From a virus (lineage: Duplodnaviria; Caudoviricetes): DNA of 36,125 bases. Made by a program: the position numbers and the translations under genes. This document shows positions 1 through 6,709 of the stretch, piece after piece. Below the pieces are notes generated by a model. It saw only the letters and a program-made list of their open reading frames with translations. It was not told where the DNA came from and searched no databases. The DNA lies in IMG/VR virus record IMGVR_UViG_3300032327_000455, positions 1-36,125 of that record; one strand, given 5' to 3'. Position 1 is the first letter of the stretch; every line of letters begins with the position of its first letter.

Positions 1-1
1 A

Positions 2-43
2 GCTACTCTTACAATTTCTGATATAGATGTAGATGATATTTAA
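2..43 (+). CDS. 3' end of an upstream gene (partial, ...ATLTISDIDVDDI*)
   Basis: Frame is open from the window edge to TAA at 41-43, with an acidic C-terminal tail, followed by the A/C-rich leader of the next gene. Identity cannot be determined. Confidence 0.5.
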   Translation, partial: ATLTISDIDVDDI

Positions 44-64
44 TAACAATTAAAACAAACAAAC

Positions 65-625
65 ATGGCAGAAAACCAGACATTTGATTTAAAAGAATGG
101 AAGAAACAAAAGCTAGATGCTATCCGTAACTTTCATATGGGATTAATCAATGACCTTGGAATTAGTCCATTAGATTTCAACATGAAGAAAGCCTTCTATG
201 ATAAACAAGGCAGAGAAGTTGTTGGAATCTTTGGTTCAGAATTCCGAAAAGACAAAGGCTTTTTCTTTGAACTAATCAGTAGTGATCTTGATCCTATTGA
301 TGTAGAAAGAAAAGTTTATAGAGTACCACCAAACGCTTGTTTTGAAGAAGAGTATGAACTCAATCCTAAGAATTCATACAACGTTCCTTTAGAAGAATTG
401 AGAGTGGTAAATCCTTACTCAGCAGCCATTAGCAAAGGTGCTGCTATAGATATTATGGAAAAAAAAGTAGAAGAAAAAACACCAAAATTCCATAAAATTT
501 CAGTACCTTTGGAGGAAGATGCACCGTATAGTGAGATGACAATTAGAGACTTCTATGCTATGCAATCAGGTAAACCAGTTAGTTTAAAAGGCTGGCTTAA
601 CAACTTAATCAAATCTTCAACATAA
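65..625 (+). CDS. Hypothetical phage protein (replication module)
   Basis: 186-aa ORF with an A-rich leader (TTAAAACAAACAAAC-ATG), 1 nt from the next gene. C-terminal segment PYSEMTIRDFYAMQSGKPVS..WLNNLIK; no function recognised. Confidence 0.8.
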   Translation: MAENQTFDLKEWKKQKLDAIRNFHMGLINDLGISPLDFNMKKAFYDKQGREVVGIFGSEFRKDKGFFFELISSDLDPIDVERKVYRVPPNACFEEEYELNPKNSYNVPLEELRVVNPYSAAISKGAAIDIMEKKVEEKTPKFHKISVPLEEDAPYSEMTIRDFYAMQSGKPVSLKGWLNNLIKSST

Positions 626-626
626 C

Positions 627-1310
627 ATGGCACAGAGTATTTTAGTAATTGCCGAATCAGGTAGTGGGAAGTCTACAAGTATAGAAAACTTGGACCCCAA
701 AGAAACCTTTATCATTAATGTGGCTAACAAGCCCTTACCGTTCAAAGGTTGGAAGAAAAAGTATACCATCTGGAGTAAAGACAACCCCACTGGTAACATG
801 TATGACAAGTCCACAGTACCTAACATTGAAGCTTGTATTAAATATGTCAATGACAAAAGACCTGATATAAAGGTGTTAGTTATTGATGATTTTCAGTACA
901 TGAGCTCATTTGAATTCTTTGAGAGAGTTGATGAAAAAGGTTATGAAAAGTTCACACAGATCGGGGCAGGATTAGCACGTATAGCTAGAATGCCAAAGGA
1001 TCTAAGAGATGATCTTCAAATCTATTTCTTGACACATGCAGAAGAATCTTCAGATTTAGAAGGAAAAAAACGTTACAAAGCCAAAACCATTGGTAGAATG
1101 GTAGATGAAAAGCTTACATTAGAAGGCTTGTTCTCTATTGTATTATTTGGTAAGGTGAAGAAAGACAAAGATGGTGCTATCCGTCACGTGTTTGAAACAC
1201 AAAACAACGGAGAAAACACATGTAAAAGTCCTAAAGGAATGTTTCCTACTTTTGAGATTGTAAATGATCTTGAATATGTAAGACAAGCAATTATTGACTA
1301 CGAGAATTAA
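627..1310 (+). CDS. P-loop ATPase, AAA_24/Sak4-like (putative ssDNA-annealing recombinase)
   Basis: Walker A AESGSGKST at the N-terminus, Walker B VLVIDD, later LTHAEE and KAKTIG motifs. ~230 aa, next to an SSB-like gene. Confidence 0.8.
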   Translation: MAQSILVIAESGSGKSTSIENLDPKETFIINVANKPLPFKGWKKKYTIWSKDNPTGNMYDKSTVPNIEACIKYVNDKRPDIKVLVIDDFQYMSSFEFFERVDEKGYEKFTQIGAGLARIARMPKDLRDDLQIYFLTHAEESSDLEGKKRYKAKTIGRMVDEKLTLEGLFSIVLFGKVKKDKDGAIRHVFETQNNGENTCKSPKGMFPTFEIVNDLEYVRQAIIDYEN

Positions 1311-1333
1311 TCATTATTTAAAAACAAAACAGT

Positions 1334-1942
1334 ATGTTTAACACAAAAGGACAAGAAATCAAATCGGGAGGAAGTACTCCTAAATCGTTACAACCAGGAG
1401 TTGTAAAAGCACACATCTTTAGTTCATCAGTTAGAACTGCAAAGAGTGGTAAAAAATCTTTAGAATTAATCTTAGAAGGTCCAGCAATGGAAGGTTTTGA
1501 AGGTTGGGCTATAGATAAGAATAATCCAGAAGGACCAAAGTTCAAAGGTCAGTCTTCTAGAGTGAGTGCCACTATTTATTCTGATCAATTTGATTCAGAC
1601 AGCCCAGCTAAGAATGAAATCATTTACAAATTATTATTCATTGCATCTGAAATTGGATTAAGAGATCATGCTGATAATGTAAATGCAAACAGCATTGAAG
1701 AATGGGTTGAGAAAGTGACTGAGATTGTTAAGGGTCACAATCTTTATTTCTTCTTAAAGGGCACTGAAGAAGAATATAATGGTAAAACAATTGTAAAATT
1801 ATCTTTACCAAGATATAAGTTTGCCTCAATGGATGTAACAGGAATAGATAAGTTTGATAAAAATAACCAATACCATTACAAAGCTATTACAACTAAAACA
1901 GTTAGTGGTTTTGAACCAGCTGTTGATGATTTTGATATGTAG
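1334..1942 (+). CDS. Putative single-stranded DNA-binding protein
   Basis: Follows the Sak4-like ATPase, has a beta-rich N-terminal part and ends in an acidic-hydrophobic tail (AVDDFDM) typical of SSBs. Function is inferred from context. Confidence 0.55.
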   Translation: MFNTKGQEIKSGGSTPKSLQPGVVKAHIFSSSVRTAKSGKKSLELILEGPAMEGFEGWAIDKNNPEGPKFKGQSSRVSATIYSDQFDSDSPAKNEIIYKLLFIASEIGLRDHADNVNANSIEEWVEKVTEIVKGHNLYFFLKGTEEEYNGKTIVKLSLPRYKFASMDVTGIDKFDKNNQYHYKAITTKTVSGFEPAVDDFDM

Positions 1943-1964
1943 TATTTTTTCTTTTTTAATTATC

Positions 1965-1997
1965 GGGGGGATGTTTCTACATTCCCCCTTATTTTTG
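1965..1997 (+). terminator. Rho-independent terminator
   Basis: GGGGGGATGT-TTCT-ACATTCCCCC 10-bp stem (one G-U) followed by TTATTTTTG, downstream of the SSB-like gene. Confidence 0.75.
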
Positions 1998-2013
1998 CAT
2001 AAAATTTTGGAAT

Positions 2014-2994
2014 ATGTTTAATACAAAGAATCTAGTACATGATGTAAAAGATGTTCCATCAAGTTGGATATTTGAACATTTCTGTGTACTTAAAGAAAAA
2101 CTGAATGGACAGGATGTAAAGTTTAAATCTATATTCAATCCTGGTGAACGTACACCTAGTATGTGTATATATTTTGATGGTAAAGTTTATAAGTTTAAAG
2201 ATTTCTCCACTGGTAAAGGAGGTGATGCTATACATTTTGTAAAAGAAATAACACATCTTTCATTTCATAAAACTTGTCAGCTTATTGTAGAAACATACAA
2301 TGATTTTGTTCTTCATAATAATGGAGGATATGACATAGAAAAGTTTCAAAAAGCTTCCAAGTATAAGGTGACTAGTCATACAGTTAGAAGTTGGACCACA
2401 CAAGATCAATATTTCTGGACACAGTTTAATATTGGATCTAAACTACTTGAGGCTCACAACGTGAAACCACTAGAAAGTTATTGCATGACCAAGGATGATA
2501 ATGAACTTTGTATAAAAGGACTATATCTCTATGGTTATTTCAAGGAAGATGGTACCCTTTATAAAATCTATCAACCAAAGACATTAGATAAAAAGTTTAT
2601 CAAAGCTGAAAGCTATGTTCAAGGATGGGAACAATTACAAAATCGTAAGCACTTAGTAATTACTTCTAGTCTTAAAGATGTAATGTCTATTAAGTCTCTC
2701 AAACTTGATGTAGATGTTATAGCACCTGATAGTGAAAACACTATGATTAAACAAACTGTGATGGAAGATCTTAGAAACAAGTATTCTAAAATTATTGTAA
2801 TGTTTGATTATGATGATGCAGGTATAGAAGCTATGCAGAAGTATAGGGAAAAGTATCCATTTATAGAAATTACGGTGCTTCCTATGAGTAAGGATCCATC
2901 GGATAGTATAAAAGATTATGGAGCTAAGGAGGTTAGGAACAGATTAGTTCCTATCTTAGCTAAAAAATTAAATAATGAAGAAGAAAATAGCTAA
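2014..2994 (+). CDS. dnaG: DNA primase, DnaG/TOPRIM type with degenerate Zn-binding domain
   Basis: N-terminal SIFNPGERTPS...FKDFSTGKGGD resembles the CHC2 zinc-finger scaffold. C-terminal TOPRIM has MFDYDDAG (DxD) and KDPSD. Confidence 0.8.
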   Translation: MFNTKNLVHDVKDVPSSWIFEHFCVLKEKLNGQDVKFKSIFNPGERTPSMCIYFDGKVYKFKDFSTGKGGDAIHFVKEITHLSFHKTCQLIVETYNDFVLHNNGGYDIEKFQKASKYKVTSHTVRSWTTQDQYFWTQFNIGSKLLEAHNVKPLESYCMTKDDNELCIKGLYLYGYFKEDGTLYKIYQPKTLDKKFIKAESYVQGWEQLQNRKHLVITSSLKDVMSIKSLKLDVDVIAPDSENTMIKQTVMEDLRNKYSKIIVMFDYDDAGIEAMQKYREKYPFIEITVLPMSKDPSDSIKDYGAKEVRNRLVPILAKKLNNEEENS

Positions 2995-3367
2995 ACCTAG
3001 AAAAGGTGCAGCACCAAAAACAAAGAATGCAGGTACTATGACAGACGCTGCCTTCTGGAGTTTTATTAGATCAGCACTAAGACAAAAGTCTAGATGGTGG
3101 AAACCTATATCCCAAGCTAAAGCAAAAGTTAAAAGGGCTTACAAAGGTCCACTTAAAAGACAAAAGTTTGAGTATCAGTGTGCAGAGTGTTTACAATGGT
3201 TTCCTGATAAGAAAATCAATGTAGATCACATTATACCTGCTGGTACTTTAAGGTGTGCTAATGACCTTCCAGGCTTTGTAGAGAGATTATTCTGTGAAAT
3301 AGACAATCTACAATGTTTATGTAGTGACTGCCATAATAAAAAGACACAATCTGAAAAAGCAAAATGA
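2975..3367 (+). CDS. HNH endonuclease family protein
   Basis: CAEC...VDHIIP...DNLQCLCSDCHNKKT gives the HNH motif with two CxxC pairs. Confidence 0.85.
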   Translation: MKKKIAKPRKGAAPKTKNAGTMTDAAFWSFIRSALRQKSRWWKPISQAKAKVKRAYKGPLKRQKFEYQCAECLQWFPDKKINVDHIIPAGTLRCANDLPGFVERLFCEIDNLQCLCSDCHNKKTQSEKAK

Positions 3368-3963
3368 CATCTGATTTAGAATTAATTCTTGCATATAAAG
3401 AAGGAAACCAACAAGCTTTTGAATTACTTTACAAAAAGTATAAGAAGACTGTGCTTTCTATTATACGAGAATCTACTAAAGAAGTGCAACTAGCTAAAGA
3501 TTACAATCAAGAAATATGGACACTTGTTGCTACAAAGATTGATAAGTTTATAGATGGTAGTTTTTCAGCTTGGTTACGTACTGTTGCTAAAAACTATTGT
3601 ATTGACAGACATAGAAGAGCCACTGGTCCTAGAACTATTAAAGAAGATTTGACTGATGACTTTTTATATTTAAGTGATGAATATCAAACTGAGAATGATT
3701 CTGTAGAAGAAGACTTAACTATTATGAGTGAAGGTTTTCAATTTCTAACAGAACTTCAGAAAAAAATATTAGTTCTTAGAATGAATGGTCTTTCTTTTAT
3801 TGATATAGCTAGCAAGCTTAATGTTCCTTTAACTAATGTGTTATCAAACAATAGGTATTTAACTATCAAACTCAGAAGACATTTTGTTAATCTAGGATAC
3901 ACCTTTAATGAAAAACTACCAATAAAAACAAAAAAGACAAAAGATGAAAAGTCCAAAAAGTAA
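3364..3963 (+). CDS. ECF-like sigma-70 family RNA polymerase sigma factor
   Basis: Region 2 (GNQQAFELLYKKY...AKDYNQEIW...FSAWLRTVAKNYCIDRHRR) and region 4 HTH (LTELQKKILVLRMNGLSFIDIASKLNVPLTNV). ATGA overlap with the HNH stop codon. Confidence 0.85.
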   Translation: MTSDLELILAYKEGNQQAFELLYKKYKKTVLSIIRESTKEVQLAKDYNQEIWTLVATKIDKFIDGSFSAWLRTVAKNYCIDRHRRATGPRTIKEDLTDDFLYLSDEYQTENDSVEEDLTIMSEGFQFLTELQKKILVLRMNGLSFIDIASKLNVPLTNVLSNNRYLTIKLRRHFVNLGYTFNEKLPIKTKKTKDEKSKK

Positions 3964-4126
3964 ACAGGACCTTATAGAAACAGTATATAAACAAATAGAA
4001 TTAGATATTCACTGTGGTGAAGTAGAAGCTATAGAAGAACTACTTACGTTCTGTCCTGTAGTAAATTTAATAGAATACTTACCAGAAGAAGAATGGAAAC
4101 AATTTAAACATTTGAGAGAACCATGA
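3944..4126 (+). CDS. Small acidic hypothetical protein
   Basis: 60-aa ORF overlapping both neighbours (20 nt upstream, ATGA downstream), consistent with translational coupling. Confidence 0.65.
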   Translation: MKSPKSKQDLIETVYKQIELDIHCGEVEAIEELLTFCPVVNLIEYLPEEEWKQFKHLREP

Positions 4127-4347
4127 GTTTAATTAATGAAAGATTTAAAGAAATAAGAAAAGAACTTGGCTATACTCAAGAGCAGTATGGTAAAATTCTT
4201 GGTATAAAAAGATGCACAGTGGGTGCATATGAAGAAAATAGAGCATTAGTTCCAGTAGATTTAGTTCCTAGTGTTATGGATCTAGGTTGTCTACCAATGG
4301 AAGATATGTATGATTTTTTATTTGATCCAAACTACAAAATGATATAG
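4123..4347 (+). CDS. XRE/Cro-C1 family helix-turn-helix regulator
   Basis: RFKEIRKELGYTQEQYGKILGIKRCTVGAYEENR matches the HTH_3 pattern. Confidence 0.85.
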   Translation: MSLINERFKEIRKELGYTQEQYGKILGIKRCTVGAYEENRALVPVDLVPSVMDLGCLPMEDMYDFLFDPNYKMI

Positions 4348-4348
4348 T

Positions 4349-4576
4349 ATGCCAGAACTACATGAGACCCTAATGGGTAGAAAACTTATAGAAGGTACGT
4401 TACCTGATATAGCAGATCAGCTTAAAAGAATAGCTGACACTATGCAAAATAAAGCAAAAGATGAAGATGCTAGAAGAGTTGTAGAATTCCTTGAGTATGA
4501 GGAAGCATTAACAAAAGACCCAGCTACAGCAGGTCGTATTAGAATACTTTTAAAATTAATGGGAATATGGAATTAG
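4349..4576 (+). CDS. Hypothetical phage protein
   Basis: 75-aa ORF tightly packed between neighbours (MPELHETLMGRKLIEGTLPDIA...). Confidence 0.7.
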   Translation: MPELHETLMGRKLIEGTLPDIADQLKRIADTMQNKAKDEDARRVVEFLEYEEALTKDPATAGRIRILLKLMGIWN

Positions 4577-5595
4577 AAGATTTAATGGAAGAGTCCATAA
4601 AGATTATGGAATCAGAATTTTATAAAAAGAAGTTCTACTTTAGTTACAGCAGCCTTAATAAATTAATGTGGAATCCAGTGGTATTTCACCAGTTGTATGT
4701 ACTTGGTATCAAAGAAGAAAAGACAGATGCTCATCTTGTACAAGGGAAGATTATTCACGGATTATTATTAGAACCAGAAAAGTTCAACGAACAGTTTTTA
4801 GTTAGCCCTGATAATTTACCGACAGGTAATACACGTACAGTTGTAGATAGAGTGTTTGCTCATCATACAGAACTTGCTAAAAACGGAGATGAAAGAACAA
4901 GTCTTGTAGAATTTACAGATGCTATTATAGATATTCTTAAAGATATGAATCTTCATCAGAGTTTAAAGACAGATCAACAAAGAATAGATAAAATATTTAC
5001 ACCAGAAGGAGTAAACTATTGGAACTTTCTTAGAACTAAAGGAAATAAAACTTTAATTGATCAACAGACATATGACTATTGCACTAATGCTGTAGAGATT
5101 ATCAAGACTAATAAAAAAGTGTGTGATCTTATTGGTTGTAATATAACAGAATTTGATAATAAAATTATAGCCAATGAGCTTCCTATACAAATTGATATTC
5201 CAGGAAGAGCTTTTGGTCTTAAGGGAATTATTGATAATTTAATAATTGATAATGACAAGAAAATTATCTATATTAATGATGTAAAGACTACTAGCAAAGA
5301 GCTAAAAGACTTTGAAGAAAGTGTAGAATTTTATTCTTATTGGATGCAAGCAGTTATTTATTGTACAATGGTAACTGTTCATTTCAAAGAGCTTATAGAT
5401 GCAGGGTATGAAATGAAGTTTCATTTTATTACAATAGATAAAATGTTTCAAACATATGCTTTCCCTGTAAAAGATTCCACATTAGCTTCATGGTTGGACA
5501 GACTTAACACAGTGTTAGATAAAGCTGAATGGCATTATTTAAATAACAGTTTTGATCTTCCTCATGCTTTTGCTACAGATTCAGTAACCTTATAA
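4567..5595 (+). CDS. PD-(D/E)XK nuclease, RecE/exonuclease VIII (DUF3799)-like
   Basis: SYSSLNKL, GKIIHGLLLEP, ANELPI, KGIIDNL...INDVKTT (D...DxK) and YWMQAVIY (QxxxY). Confidence 0.8.
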   Translation: MELEDLMEESIKIMESEFYKKKFYFSYSSLNKLMWNPVVFHQLYVLGIKEEKTDAHLVQGKIIHGLLLEPEKFNEQFLVSPDNLPTGNTRTVVDRVFAHHTELAKNGDERTSLVEFTDAIIDILKDMNLHQSLKTDQQRIDKIFTPEGVNYWNFLRTKGNKTLIDQQTYDYCTNAVEIIKTNKKVCDLIGCNITEFDNKIIANELPIQIDIPGRAFGLKGIIDNLIIDNDKKIIYINDVKTTSKELKDFEESVEFYSYWMQAVIYCTMVTVHFKELIDAGYEMKFHFITIDKMFQTYAFPVKDSTLASWLDRLNTVLDKAEWHYLNNSFDLPHAFATDSVTL

Positions 5596-5605
5596 ATTAT
5601 ATAAA

Positions 5606-6166
5606 ATGATCAAGAGTTTATACAGCAAATACTTTCAGAAATCTAAGTCATTTCTATACCCAGCTCTTGGCATAAAGAAGAATAGTGAATTTTCACCGTC
5701 CGGCACCTATCTAGCTATTGAAAACTATATAGGTGCTGAAGACGTGAAGTTTATTTGTACATTTGAGAACATTGATAGTGTTGAGTTTAAATCATTTGAG
5801 CAGAATATGCTAATTGAAAATCCTTTGTTTATAGAAAAGATAGTTATTGAAAACTATTCTGTCTATACATTTGATTATGGCATATATCAAACAGATTGGT
5901 TTAATTTCATTATGGGAAAGTATTCAAAACTATCAACGGTTTTAAAGAAAGCTATAAGAACATATTACGGAGAAGGTTCTTCTGAATATAAGTATATTGA
6001 CACTTATCTTCATCCTAAAGATTACTTTGAAGAATATGCCACCCTTCTTGATGTAAACATAGATGACCTTAAATCTATAGGGGAATTGTGTAATGCGTGT
6101 GACATGGAAAAAGAAACTTTAAAAATTCCTAAAGAATATTTGGAAAGTTTAAAAAAAACAGTTTAA
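5606..6166 (+). CDS. Hypothetical phage protein
   Basis: 186-aa ORF in the operon with an A-rich leader; no motif recognised. Confidence 0.8.
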   Translation: MIKSLYSKYFQKSKSFLYPALGIKKNSEFSPSGTYLAIENYIGAEDVKFICTFENIDSVEFKSFEQNMLIENPLFIEKIVIENYSVYTFDYGIYQTDWFNFIMGKYSKLSTVLKKAIRTYYGEGSSEYKYIDTYLHPKDYFEEYATLLDVNIDDLKSIGELCNACDMEKETLKIPKEYLESLKKTV

Positions 6167-6171
6167 CTTTG
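6139..6171 (+). promoter_or_regulatory. Bacteroidota housekeeping-sigma promoter (-33/-7)
   Basis: TTTG (6139-6142), 21-nt spacer, TAACTTTG (6164-6171). Matches the TTTG-N19-21-TAnnTTTG consensus, 23 nt upstream of the ATG at 6195. Confidence 0.6.
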
Positions 6172-6194
6172 TTTAAACCAACAAAACCAAGTGT

Positions 6195-6611
6195 ATGAAT
6201 AATTCAATGATGCTGATTACTTCCAGCTGGGGTCAATTTAAGACCTTCAAAATGATTCCTACTGATATTAACTGTCCCTATAGTGAGTGCATCTTTGATG
6301 TACAATCTAAAGTGTTAGCTATTATTGGTAGAATTAGTAAAGAGTCTTTGCATATGTTACCAAAACTTACTGATATTGGAGATGTAAACTATCTTAAAAT
6401 TGGTAAAAGAGAAAATGGTAAACCATATGCTGAAGAAAGAAGAACACTAAACACTCTTTACGAATACTATATAGAGAATGTAGATGAGATTAAAGCTTTT
6501 GTAAATGGATTTGCAGAGAATTCTGACACATTCAACATACAACAGTATATAGATCTTGTTATAGACACTAAACCAGTTGCTGCTGAAAACAGCATTATTA
6601 CGACAGTCTAA
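6195..6611 (+). CDS. Hypothetical phage protein
   Basis: 138-aa ORF flanked by its own candidate promoter and terminator. Confidence 0.8.
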   Translation: MNNSMMLITSSWGQFKTFKMIPTDINCPYSECIFDVQSKVLAIIGRISKESLHMLPKLTDIGDVNYLKIGKRENGKPYAEERRTLNTLYEYYIENVDEIKAFVNGFAENSDTFNIQQYIDLVIDTKPVAAENSIITTV

Positions 6612-6633
6612 TTGTTATTCATACTAATAAATT

Positions 6634-6664
6634 AAGGAGGTGCTTTCTAGCACTTCCTTTTTTT
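6634..6664 (+). terminator. Rho-independent terminator
   Basis: AAGGAGGTGCT-TTCT-AGCACTTCCTT 11-bp stem (one G-U) running into a T tract. Confidence 0.8.
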
Positions 6665-6709
6665 ATCTTTTACATTTAAGGGGAAACAGCTTAACTGAAT
6701 ATTATATAA

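Noticed and set aside
13-34. AATTTCTGATATAGATGTAGAT resembles a Cas12a direct repeat (AATTTCTAC...GTAGAT)
   Set aside because: Single copy, the stem does not pair properly, and it reads as the coding end of the upstream gene.
1990-1997. TATTTTTG as a Bacteroidota -7 promoter element for the primase gene
   Set aside because: It coincides with the terminator T tract and has no TTTG/TTG -33 element at the right spacing. It cannot be excluded but is not supported.
6678-6700. GGGGAAACAGCTTAACTGAAT upstream of polB as a T4 gp43-like translational operator
   Set aside because: Only a 3-bp stem (CAG/CTG); not supportable without conservation data.
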